A stretch of DNA of 64,000 bases, taken from assembly GCF_001194135.2 (NCBI RefSeq), contig NC_068983.1, forward strand, positions 109,566,032 to 109,630,031. The letters are read 5' to 3'. This document shows positions 37,901 through 50,487 of the stretch, in pieces. The stretch is from Octopus bimaculoides (lineage: Eukaryota). The notes beneath the pieces were generated by a model. The model ran no database searches and had not been told where the DNA came from. It saw only the letters and a program-made list of their open reading frames with translations. Numbering within the stretch: the stretch's first letter is position 1; every line of letters begins with the position of its first letter. Made by a program: the position numbers and the translations under genes.

Positions 37901-40831
37901 GAATCTAGGTCTTATAAATTACAAAAGAGTAATTCCTTACATAATTGAAATAAGACTACAAATGGTGTCAATTTATAGTTTTCTTAAAGAAAGAACCTTT
38001 TGAATTCACTGTAGTCATTGTCATTATGTACAAAATATAAACAGATGCAAATATATTATAAATGATTAACAGAATAGAATATATATCTCTATAGAGAAAG
38101 TGTTCATGATGAACAAGGGTAACTATGCCTTGAACAGCCGTTTCAATATATTGAGAAACTATTTTTTAATAGAGTTTACAGCTCTGAAAAAAAATACAAT
38201 AGTCATTTTTTAAATTGTTTGGTCATAGGTGTGGTCAACTAGAGCTGTTTGGGAGTTAAACAACAACAACAACAATATTCAATGGGGTGGGGAGCTATAT
38301 TTCTAATTCTATTTCTTGGTGTATATAAAGCTCTAACATTAAGTACAGCAAACAAATTTTTCTTTCCTTCTTTCTAGACATTGAGGCACTTCTCTCTTAT
38401 ATATTGGTTTAATAAGGAATCATTTTTAACTAAAATGTAAATGAGCCCTGAATTTCATATAAATATAGTTTTTCTGTTGTATTTTGTATAAACTTATGAA
38501 ATATATTAATTTGATAATGATAGGAAAATGAAGAAATAGAAGCATATATTTACAGAGACCATCAAAAAGAAGATTTTAAAACAAACAAAAGAGAAAATAA
38601 AACTTCATAAACAGAAAAGCATAAATGCATTGTCAATAGATTTAATTTATTAAAACATTCAGTTGTTATTTCTAATTAAAATATTTTTTACCTTGTGAGA
38701 TGACAAATTATTGAAATGCTACGTATGACAAGCAAGCACAAATAAATTTAGGGCTAAAAAGAGTATTATAAGGTCAAAAGATAAGTATATATTTATCAGA
38801 GACTAAAAATAAACCTTACAACCTAGTTGATTCTGTATGAATATGTATGTATATTTGCCTATGAAGACATATGCATTTTAATATTCAGTCATATTTTACT
38901 CAGTGAGCAAAATATTTTGTTAGCTAGTGACATCATAAAATATCAGTTCTAGACATGAAAACAAAATTGTAATTCCTTACGAGATATTTTGTAGATTGAA
39001 TTTGTGTATATACATATATATATTTAATTTGTTTTGAGTTATTTGTTAGAAATACAATTCATAGAAATCCTAGTAACTGGATAACGCTCACAAAACTTCA
39101 TTATAATAAATTTTATTTTATAGTTTCCTTTGAAGAAAATCATGAAAAAACATGCTTTCTAACTCTATAGTGTTGTTTGATATTGGGTATTTTTTATTGA
39201 AGAAATCTTAATTTCTTTTTCATTCAGTGACATATTTAGCTAGCCAAATTAAACAAGGGGTTTTCTTTTGTTTTGCTTGTTTTTAATGTAGTTTCAGCAC
39301 TTCATCTTGGAATAAAACCAAATTTAATTTATTCTTCTTATGTAAGTATTGATTTCAGATTTTTTATAAGCTAAAAAAGTTTTTTGTACAATATCTTTAA
39401 CTTGGAAAATAAATTTAACCCTCAAGCTGGCCACTAATTTAAGACTATTTGCTTTTAAATTTGTTGAATCAAGGGAGTTGTAAAAGTTATTTTGAGAATG
39501 TCAATTTTAAAGAAAAAGTATCAGTTAGATAAAGAAGCTTACCTGATTAATATAAGATTTCAGTATATATAGATATTGTGTTGCTATGAAATATTTCATG
39601 ATAGTCAAGCAAAACTGTTACTGTCTTTACTTTATTTACATATGTGTACTAAATAAATCAATACTTTCATCTATGCCCCACATTGGTTAGAGTGAATTTT
39701 CAAACTCATTTCTCATATTTAATATAAATAGTAAAAAATCATTACTTCGATTTTTTTTTTAAATTTGAAAGTAATGATGTTAATAAATAAACTTTGCGAG
39801 TTCTTTACTTGCCAGGCTATGGTAATGAATGTAAAAACAAAAGAGCCCAAAGAAACTGGCATTAGTCTGTATTAGCAGAAATTTTACTATGAAATTCTTG
39901 AATTTATATAATTTGGTATATGAGGAACCAGAGTGTAACATATTGGGATTGATCTTTCACTTGAAAAAAAAAAAAATTTTCTAATTCCAAAACAAAAAAT
40001 ATTTCAATATTGGCAGTTTCTTTTCTCTCAAGATTTTCTGTTTCTCAAAGAATGTAAACTTATTAAAACTCATGAACAATTGTTTTGAATGTTTAAGAGT
40101 AAATAACAGTATAATGTAGTTCTTAGGAGGTACATTAACAGTCAGAATGTTCTATTAAGTTTACTAATGACATGGTTTTGTATGCTTAGTGGTTTTGTCA
40201 TTGGCTCAACAAGATTCATGTTTTTTCAACAAGGGAAAACCAGTGACTTTGAAGAATGTATTATTGATGTTTTTATAATTACATAGAGTGTGTTGCTCAG
40301 TTTGGAAATGCCTATCATCTTGGGCAGTCTTGTTGTTGAACCTGAACTCTTGTCCCGATTATAGCTGGTGTGCATTAGCAAATTTTACTTTAAATTTTCA
40401 TCTCCACAGGCATCTAATAACTATTAGACATTTAACCTATTCTATGAAAGATTCTCTCAGCACCTAAGTGATACTTAACTAGGTGATGTATATCTCATAA
40501 ATATGTATGTATACAAACCATAACCATATATTTGATTATTATATATTTAGTCATGCGGTGAAATAAAAGCTTGGTTATACAACAGAGCTTTTCATTGCTT
40601 GGGATGAAAGTGTAAGCAACTTGTGAATAGCACATAATTTACATAATGGTACAACGTAGATGAAATGGTATTAAATATTAGAGTAGCAATAGAGTATTGA
40701 TTATCAAACATATATATACAAAATCACACCAGAAGTATAAAAAATCATAGATTTACTCTCAGTGTGAAATTAGGCACAAATATGATCAGAAATATACGGT
40801 TTGTAGGAGATTTAAGTTTCATTCCTACCAG

Positions 40832-40900
40832 ATTGAGTGATTTTTTTTGTTGGCTCTTACAATTGTTATTTACCATGTGGTCTATTTATGTTTGGTTAAA
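40832..40900 (+). CDS. Candidate exon encoding one transmembrane-like helix (LSDFFCWLLQLLFTMWSIYVWL)
   Basis: Acceptor TTTCATTCCTACCAG, donor AAA|GTAAGT, 69 nt, only one open frame (phase 2 to 2). Confidence 0.3.
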
Positions 40901-41180
40901 GTAAGTAAACAGTTGTATTTGTATTTTGAGTTATGAGATTGTAATGTTATGTGAGAGAATTTTGTCCATATTTGCCACTTATGATATTGGATATGCTTAG
41001 CCCTCTCCCACATATATGATATGTGAGAGAGTTTTGAGGACTATCATCTTACATATTAAAAGCAAAGAATATGTGGTAAGGACATAATTTGAAAACTGAT
41101 GATAATTGAGATATACTGATAGTTATTAATCAAGCATCAAGAGTGATGCTTAAGCAAAATTTAATGATCTTTATATTAAC

Positions 41181-41371
41181 TTTGTTTGTTGGCACTCCGT
41201 TGCTTACGACGTCGTGGGTTCCAGTAAATCCGATCAATGGAACAGCCTGCTTGTAAAATTAACGTGCAAGTGGCTGAGCACTCCACAGACATATGTACCC
41301 TTAACGTAGTTCTTGGGGATATTCAGCGTGACACAGTGTGACAAGGCTGACCCTTTGAATTGCAGGTACAA
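41181..41371 (-). mobile_element. 5'-truncated SINE family B with an 11-bp TSD
   Basis: Matches the 3' half of 63120-63505. TTTATATTAAC at 41170-41180 and 41372-41382. Confidence 0.95.
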
Positions 41372-41899
41372 TTTATATTAACAATCGTAAGCTAAACTTC
41401 ATAATCAATGTATTGAAGTAGGTAAACACATTCTCATCCCTTATTTTGCTTAGCATAATTATTATAATTCATTTGGTTAATCTAAATAGATAGAGCAAGT
41501 TCTATAACCTCTGAAGCTTACGAAATTTTTTGTAAGACAAATAGTTGACAGAACATGATAAATTATGGGAGGACTAGTAAAAGTTGCAATTTCATGAAGT
41601 AAACATTATGGAAACAGTTTAGAACAATGTTTGGAATTTAAATATATTGAGAATGATAAGCGAATTTTCAGTGGGAATTGCATATTGCAGGTAAATTTAG
41701 AGGAAGAGGGATTGTTGAAGTGAAGCTATAAAATGTGTATCAAACACACACACACAGGTAGAATGTTAGAGAGATAAATCTAGAATCAAAACATCTCAAT
41801 GTAAACTTAGCAACAACTAAGGATTTAAAAAGTAAGAAAGAAGGCAGGATACAGGGAGATGGTCTTGCTTGATATGCAGAAAAGAAGTGAATATAATTC

Positions 41900-42790
41900 C
41901 ATAATCAGTTCTCAATGTAAGCTATGGAGACACACAAACACATACACATTTGTTCTCCATCAAGCCCACCTTATTGCCACGTTACTTTGCATCCCTACTT
42001 CCACAACTCCCATCTCTTCATCACTCATGACACATCCCACCCCGGTTACTTCTATCATCATCAAACACCTCTTACTTTTATCTCACTACCTGCTCTAACA
42101 CTCCTACAATACCTTATCCATCGACTACCTACTGTTTCACCCTAATCATCTCTCACTCCCTTCTCTCCATTACCTTCCTATCTAGGACACTTTCTCCATG
42201 TTTACACTCAGCTCTTCCCTTTCAATTTACCTCTATGGTACCCTCCAGTGTTTCCTTCCTCCACTACTCTCATTGCACTCACCCACTGCTCCTCACCTTC
42301 AGCCTACTTTTCTACTACTGCTTTCTCCACACATCATCTCTTCGTACACAACACCTACTCTCATCTTTCCCCTCTGACTTACCGTTATAAGCCGTAACCC
42401 TTTCTCTCTTTCAATAATGATTCACTAGCTTAGTCTATTGCTCCCTACATCTACCCTTACTCCGCATACCTTCTGTCCATACTTGCTACTTATGATGTTG
42501 GATATACTTAGCCCTCTCCCACATGACCAATTGTATCACCTCCCCTACTGAGAAAGATAGAGGATTTGGCTTTATCTTCCACTTCTTCAATTACCTTTGT
42601 CAGTACGTGCCTCCCTCTCTTGTGTTCTCTGCCATACTCTTCCCCATCCTCTCGCTTTTACTTAGCATCCTTCATCTCTCCACCTAGAGTCATAACCTAT
42701 ACTATTTTGTCTGAGTGGCCACTTTAGGTCTTTAGCCTTGTTATGAGGTAATCTTCATCAGTGCTGGCTGGTGCCACCCTCAATTAATCA
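41900..42790 (+). mobile_element. RTE-type G-poor 3' UTR remnant
   Basis: C/T/A-rich composition like 7480-8200, and the start of the shared tail near 42720-42780. Confidence 0.55.
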
Positions 42791-43749
42791 AGCTTTTCAC
42801 TATATTACATATATGAAGTCGTATCATACAGGAGTTGAATATGTCATAAATGTCAAAAGAAAATACTATGGTAGTTGAATATAAAGGCAATGAGCTTCCA
42901 AGTATTTTTGAAATAATACAAAGAAACTGAATGACAGTGATGCTTCCTTAGTGAGAATTAGACTCAGCACTTAACTATTTTCTTCAGTTTTCACATTATC
43001 CTGTGATAGGAAGGAATATTTGAATAGGAATATTAGTGTTGTAATTTTGTTAAATGGTAGATATGTTAGAGTTACATATAAACTGACAAGCTTAGATTAG
43101 ACAAATATCTTACTTGATTGTCAATTATAATAAACTAGGAAACTATAGTATACATTAGCAGGTACTTAATATAAATTTCATGTATTATAGTGTTCAATAA
43201 AAATAATAATAATAATGAAAATTGTTTTAATTCAAAGCAAAATGTAGGTAAATTTTGAGGTTCTGAAATTTGTCAAGACAACCAATAGTGATGTTCTTAG
43301 TTTAGGCTGTTTTCCAGAATATTCCTTACACACAAAAAATATAAAAGAAATTATAAAAACAAAAAAAGTTATTGATTCCACAAAAATAAATAATAAGTTT
43401 GATGAAGCCAAATAAATCTAAATTAATTTACATTTATTTTGTTATTTTTGGTGGTAAAGCACTCACTATTGTTTATTTTCTGGGGTTATTTAAATGACTT
43501 TTTATTAATTTTTGATATTTTTTCATTTATTAGATTTGAGTAGTTTGATAAGTTTGACAGTGATACATCCATTTTTTATTATGTGTAGTTACAATGTCTG
43601 GTGTTGCTCCAAAGCAAAACTATAATTTAATTCAACCCGATTAGAGAACCGTTACATAATCCCTCAGCCTGCTAGAAATATCAGCTAAATTTTCATCAAA
43701 TGATAACCAAACAGTTTTGAAAATGAGAGGCACAATTGATAACATATTC

Positions 43750-44340
43750 CTGTCATTTTATGTCTGCTTTTACATGCCTGCATGAGTTGGATGTATTATC
43801 ACAGATCAAATAAGTTTTTTAACAGATTTTCTACCATTCTAGATGGGTCATGGAACATTTCATGCTCATATATTCCATTTTTTGCTATTGTTTTCATTGT
43901 TGGCTACTCTTCCAGGTACTGAACCTTTTACAGAATATACTGGAAGCATTTTATAGTAGCACTTCCAACTCTGTGTATGGAGAAATGTCAGGCTGGTTTG
44001 TACTGGAATGTCTTTGATTAAAGGTTTGCTGGGTGAGAGCATACCTGAGGCTAAGCAAAAACAACTGCATTTTAACTTTTCTATATCTCTCTGATCCACT
44101 TACATGATTTGATTATTCAACTCAGACATTTGTACTTCATTATGTTTTGCTTCTCTCCTCATCTATTATCTGCTTTGCCTGCAGATAACATGACCAGCTC
44201 CTTCATTTTTTTATCTCTCCTTTAAGGTCGGTTGATTATCTCTTAATTAATATACTAGCAACTTACTGTGATATCTACAACAATTTTTGTTGGTTCAAAT
44301 CAAGCTCCAACAGCTGAAATGTCCACTGGGTTTCAATAAA
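43750..44340 (-). mobile_element. Old RTE-tailed remnant
   Basis: The reverse complement at 43750-43800 gives CAACTCATGCAGGCATGTAAAAGCAGACATAAAATGAC, resembling the shared tail. The upstream coding similarity is weak. Confidence 0.45.
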
Positions 44341-45329
44341 TATTTTCAATTTATGACTATTTGCTAGACCTACATAAATATTTTTTATTGCTGTTATTTT
44401 CTATCTTCTTCTGAATGTATCATAGACAGACAGTAAGTTTCATAACTTGCTGAAATACTCCATATTCTAATGTCAGTTATCACACATACCTCTATAGTCT
44501 TTATTTTAATATTTTTTACTCTATACTAATTTCTTTAACTCCAAATGCCTTACAAGACAAAAAGTTAAATTAAATCCTATTTCCTATTAAGCCAAAGTTT
44601 AAGCTATATTTTGCAAATTAGTATTTTCAGAGAATGATAAATACATCCTATACACAACTACTATTTTACTCCCATACTTCAGATATAATTCCAGTTCTAT
44701 AGAAATGCATCAAAGACTGATTCCTATTTTTGCATTTCTGGATATCTCATTTAGTAGTTTGCTTCTAAACTGACTGATTTTAATTAAATAAAAACCTCTG
44801 GCAGTTACTTGTATTCTTTGAGTATTCAACATAGCAAATTATTTGAAGCAAATTGATGTAAGTGACAGCTCTTTCCTATGTAGTCAGTGATTCTTTATGT
44901 GCAAACATTTCTGCATTCTAGAAACTCTTACTTTGCACTTGTTATTAGATCAGCCTAATACTCTAAAATATTGCCCTAAGATTAAATAGACAGGAATCAA
45001 GAGAAAAGAATTAGAAACAAAAATGAAAACACTTTTTTTTAATTCTTTTTCTTCTGAATAACAAACCCAAAACCTGAATAGTTTTGTTTAATTTCTAAAA
45101 ATTGAGATTGCATGTATATGAACACACATAAAATCGTTCAGGATTAATGGTTCCTCCTACTTAGCAAGAAGCTAGCAGTTCATTTGATTTTTGTTTTTCA
45201 TTTTCTAAAACAAATTTGACATCCAGCTTTTGTATGGAAAAAAAAACAAAGTAGTAGTACCTCAATTAAGAAAATGCATCAACAATTTAAAACAAAATAT
45301 TTTGTATGTATGTACATAAAAAAATGAAT

Positions 45330-45651
<322 letters not shown>

Positions 45652-45790
45652 TGATTGTGAGGTTGCTTTAGCACTCTGTTGCATTATGAGTATGGTTCTT
45701 CCCATGAGTGTGGTTCTTCACTAGTTTCTAAACAAGGTAATAACCCCCCTCAGTCTATCCAGCAATGAACAACCCAAATATACTTTTGCA

Positions 45791-45935
45791 GTGGGAGATA
45801 ATGCAAAAACATTAGCTCCAATATGTTGGTCATCAAAACAAGTGGATCATGTAATGAAGAATCAGTTGAATTTTGAAATTTTTGCTCGTAGTGAAGTGGT
45901 TGGCACTGGTGTTTTAGTAGCTGCTGCGATGCAAA
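45791..45935 (+). repeat. Isolated 145-bp copy of the RNase H segment at 49224-49365
   Basis: Five substitutions and one 3-bp indel relative to 49224-49365. Confidence 0.95.
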
Positions 45936-46494
45936 TAACTGGCACAATACCATATGTACAAAGGGAGATGCTATATTTTTAATCAATGCACATAGAGGAA
46001 GACAAGGGGAATATAACGCACTAACATGCACACACATAAATGTGTGTGTATATATACATATGCACACACATATACTCGAAATGGGATGGCTATGGAATGA
46101 GATGTATTTGACTCTCTTGTTATGTTGGTATTGAGGTTTTATTTACTACCCTCTTATCATTACCTTTGCCTATCAATCATCCTCTCTCCTACTTCCTGTT
46201 CTAAGCCACCTTGTTATCAAAGGGTAGGCTAGATCTATCTGTACTGAATCTTTACCATGTATCATACCCTGTCATTATTCTTTTTCAACACCACACCAAT
46301 GTAACAATGTTGACATTCAAGCCATATATATGCAATGGACCATTGCAAGATGACATTCTGTTTTACTTTTGCTGCTAACCATAATCTTATTTACCATGCT
46401 GACCAATATCTCATAAGTGAATGTGGAAAACAGAAACTTAGTGGAAGATAATCGTGGATGTATGTATGTATATATGGGTGTGTGTGGGTGTGTT

Positions 46495-46695
46495 TTCCCC
46501 CATCACCAACCCTTAACAACCAATGTTGGTTTGCTTCTGTCCCCGTATCTTAACAGTTTGGCAAAGGAGACCGATAGAATAAATATCAGACTTAAGAAAA
46601 TCAGTACTGGGCTGATTCATTTGACAAAAAGCTTCAAGACTGCCCCAGCATGGTTGCAATTCAATGAATGAAACAAGTAAATGATAAAAGATAAT
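46495..46695 (+). mobile_element. SINE family A-like 3' half, degenerate
   Basis: CAACCAATGTTGGTTTG...CAGTTTGGCAAAGGAGACCGATAGAATAA...CCCCAGCATGG...GAAACAAGTAAA resembles 6640-6790. Confidence 0.7.
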
Positions 46696-47769
46696 CCACA
46701 TTTCAGAAGTTAGCTTTTTACATTTATTTTCTTACTTTTTAGATTCAATATCTTTGCCCCCAAGTAATAATTTATATGAACACATTTCTGAAAAATGCAT
46801 TGCTAAGATTATTTATGATAGCAATATGGAGTATACACATGTTTCTTGTTACTGAGTTAGTGTGAGAGGTTAATTCTATGTAAAACACTCTGAGACAGTT
46901 TTCCCTTAAAACAGTTTTATCTGTTTGAATATAAAAGTATTAACTTTTTTGGTACATTCAACTGATCCGAATAGCTTTTATACCTAACTGCACATGTGTG
47001 TTAACCTTATAGTGTTGGCTGAAGTAGTATTCTGTCTTTTACATCAACTGATAAGAGATACAATTCTTGAAATAGAACATTCTTTTACAGAAGACTTACT
47101 ACTATATGATGAATCAGAGGTTAACTAATTCCATTCATTCGTTCACTATATAGAATTCATGTTGTATCCCCAAATGTTGAGCAATTTCATGAGAACTACT
47201 TTGCTAAGACTAATCATGATGTATCGTACGGAATATGTATGAGACTTGCTGCTGAGTGTATATACACATACACACACAAATACAATATAGCTAACCATCA
47301 CTCATGAGTGAGTATGGCTTGGTAACATGTCCCATACTTTTGCTAATTGCTTTAGGTGTGCACGTAGTCACAATAAGAAACTGACATTCTCTCAGCTCTC
47401 TCATCCTTGACCTTGTAACACATCCAGAATGTGAAAGCTTGAGGAGAGAGCTGCACCAGCAACCAGTTTGATTCTTATTTACTATGGGATAAACTGTAGC
47501 AACATGAAAATAAAGTACTTTGCATGTATGTGTGTAAGTATTCTTCTAAACATTGTATTAGATTTAAAAAATTTAAGACTGTGCTCTAGTGATGAGCAAA
47601 GGAAAAAGGCCACTGTCAGTTTTCCCATACTTCAAAGGAGAAAATGATTCCTTTAGTTTCGAAGGGTAGGACTTCCATGGATGATGAATTTCTAAATAAA
47701 AAAACCTGTGACTCATTATATTTGTCCATAGTTTAGAAAGCTTCCTTGTTTGTTTTAATCTGGAGGCAT

Positions 47770-49450
47770 GCAGTCACAAGTCCTGGATTCCGAACCATTG
47801 ATGCCACTGCTAGATATTCTGCTGCTAGATTACTTACTCAAAACAAATAAAATGGAAGAGATCATTAGGAAAGCAATGAAGAAAATTCTAGAAAGACAGA
47901 AATGTAAGATAGTCCTGACATGGATTGTTCATGTGAACAAGACACTCCAGAATTATTCAGGTTATACTCCTAATGAACTTGTTTTTGGCCCTAATTTTAA
48001 TGTACTATCAGTTCAGAATTACCAGTTACTTACTCTGAAATCTACAACAACTAGGTGACATGGTTAAGTGTACTTCATATGCAAAAAATAGTTTCATCAA
48101 AGCTGAGGCTAGTGCAAATATAAAGAGAGCACTGAGGGCTAAAATAAGGATTTACATAGATGAAAATTTTGTGCTAGTAACCAGATCTCTTACAAAACAC
48201 AAAACGTTAAAGGATGGTGTGGTCCTTCAATTAAATAGGCATGCAGGAACAATGCTTTCATGTCAAATGATGAAGTTGGGATAAAAGAGCCTAAAAGAAG
48301 TATGGAAGTTATTACAGTAGCGAATGAATTGTATGAAGGTGTATCTAATGAGAAAAACGAACCTTTTGATAAAGAAGAAATTAGTAGCAATGAAGCTAAT
48401 GATATGAATGTTTAAAAGGCAAAACTGAAAAACCAGGCAGGAACAACAAGGTTGAATATAACATGAATGAATGTGAGAAATGAAAAAGAAGATAAAACTA
48501 TGATTAGACAACCAAAGTCAAAAAGGAAACTACAATTTTTGGATGAATATAATACCAAAAGGGGAGAATAAATATTCTACTTGTGGTAACTGGGATCATG
48601 AAAATCAGTGGGGACAAGTTACTCGGGAAGTAGGTGCACATTAACATGCAATTTTACTCACTGTAACGAAAGAACAGGGAAAAGCTGTAATTGATGCAAA
48701 GCATAAAGTAATATAAAATATAATGAATCATGCTGTATTTGAATGTCTACCCTACATAGGTAAAGAAGGAGTGATTACTGAAAAACACAGAATAATAATA
48801 AAAAGATAATGAAGACTTATTGTGTTGCACAGGATCATGAGGAATATGCAAGTGATCTAAAAACGGACTCTCCAACATATAGCCATGAAGTCATAGTTAA
48901 TAGTGTTAATTAATCAGTAATGTTTTGGAGTGCAGACTCTTGATTTCCTCTAAGCAGTTTTTGCAGGGTGATATATTGATGAGGGAACTGTTCCTTAAAT
49001 AACCTTCAGATATATGTCCAAAGTTGCAGGCATGAAAGTTGAAGAGATGCGTCTCAATCATGATATAAGAAGGTTACTCAATTACTGATCAAAGTAGGGA
49101 GAGTAGTGAATGTTTATGACAATACTTTATTTCTCTGGTTCATTATTCTAGTTATTGATTCAAGCATTGATGGGTATTCTGGCAATGAATATGGATGAGT
49201 TTATGGGTCGTTTTATCATACTTGTGGGAGATAATGCAAAAAAATTAGCTCCAATATGTTGGTCATCAAAACAAGTGGATCATGTAATGAAGAATCAGTC
49301 GAATTTGGAAATTTTTGCTCGTAGTGAAGTGGTTGGCATTGGTGTTTTAGCTGCTGTGATGCAAAAGATATTTCAGCTGCCCAGATTGCAAGAAGAGATC
49401 TGCAAAACTGACAATTCATCATTTGCAGAAACTTTAAATGAATCTCATCT
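47770..49450 (+). mobile_element. Decayed Ty1/Copia-like pol remnant (integrase end, RT, RNase H)
   Basis: Domain order IN-RT-RH. IN: TLQNYSGYTPNELVFGPN, FIKAEASANIKRALRAKIR. RT start: NHAVFECL...VITEK. RH: LAPICWSSKQV...LEIFA...KTDNSS. No LTRs found. Confidence 0.75.
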
Positions 49451-50099
49451 ACATGTACACATATACATATGTATATAGATATACATAAAGATACATATGT
49501 ATATACACATATATATGTATGTACATACATACACACACACATATATATATGAATGTATAAAAATATATATATGCACACTTGTATAAAAATATATATACAT
49601 ACTATATATATATATGTATATATGCATACACACACATGTATAAAAATATATATGCACACACTATATATAAATACACACATACATATACACATGCATATAT
49701 ACACACTCATACATACATTGGCAGAATAATGTGTATATAAGTGCAACAGCTCCACCACTACTATTTTGTCCTCTAGATATTTCCACCACCCATTATTTCT
49801 CTAACTGCAGCATTCTTCTGCTGTAATTAGATCTGAGTAGTACTGCATGTTTTGCTAGGTTTTTTTTTTTTTATTGATACCACTTATCCTTCTAACTACT
49901 TGAATATTTCATTTGTTATCTATTGTTTATTCCTAATACTTTTCTCACCACCCACATTTTACATTGATCACCTTCAACCACATGTACTGCTCTCTCTCTC
50001 TCTCTCTCTCAACCTTCCTCCTGTCTATTGAGCCATTGTTACTCTTTCTGCACTATCAGTCATTTCTTACTCTTTCTCACTGCTACCCTAACTCATAGT

Positions 50100-50147
50100 C
50101 TGTAACTGATGAGGAGATAGCTACTCTGAAATACTAGCATCTCACAG
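50100..50147 (+). ncRNA. Minimal type I hammerhead ribozyme motif, slightly decayed
   Basis: Stem I CTGTAA(50100-105)/TCACAG(50142-147) with 1 mismatch; CTGATGA (50106-112); stem II GGAG/CTCT with loop ATAGCTA; GAAA (50128-131); stem III TACTAGCA; ATC, with cleavage predicted after 50141. Confidence 0.75.
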
Positions 50148-50439
50148 TCTTGGAAGATGGTGCTGCAAGCTGATCTAGGTGTATACACACCCTTTGTCAA
50201 CAAGTGAAATTATATTCTCCATGACAAAATGTAGTGAATAGCTTGTTCCCCAGTTCGAATGTGCATCAAGAATACTTGAACTGATAATAACATTGCATTT
50301 TTTTTTCTTATCACTGCTTACCATTTCTCCTCTGTAATCTACTTACAACAAGCCACTGTATAGTGCTACCAGTCATCATACAGTGACTGGAAAAGTATAA
50401 GAGAGGTAATATCTTTATTCAGCTCATAGTGTCATCCGC

Positions 50440-50487
50440 CTGTGACCAATGAGAAGATAACTACTCGAAAATGCTAGCATCTCACAA
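50440..50487 (+). ncRNA. Second, more degenerate hammerhead copy
   Basis: Colinear with copy 1 at +340. Stem I CTGTGA/TCACAA and a perfect palindrome TGCTAGCA, but the core is mutated to CCAATGA. Confidence 0.55.

Noticed and set aside
40832-40900. LGR/GRL101-type GPCR TM6 (DFxCW)
   Set aside because: The conserved proline of CWxP is missing and no other GPCR helices were found.
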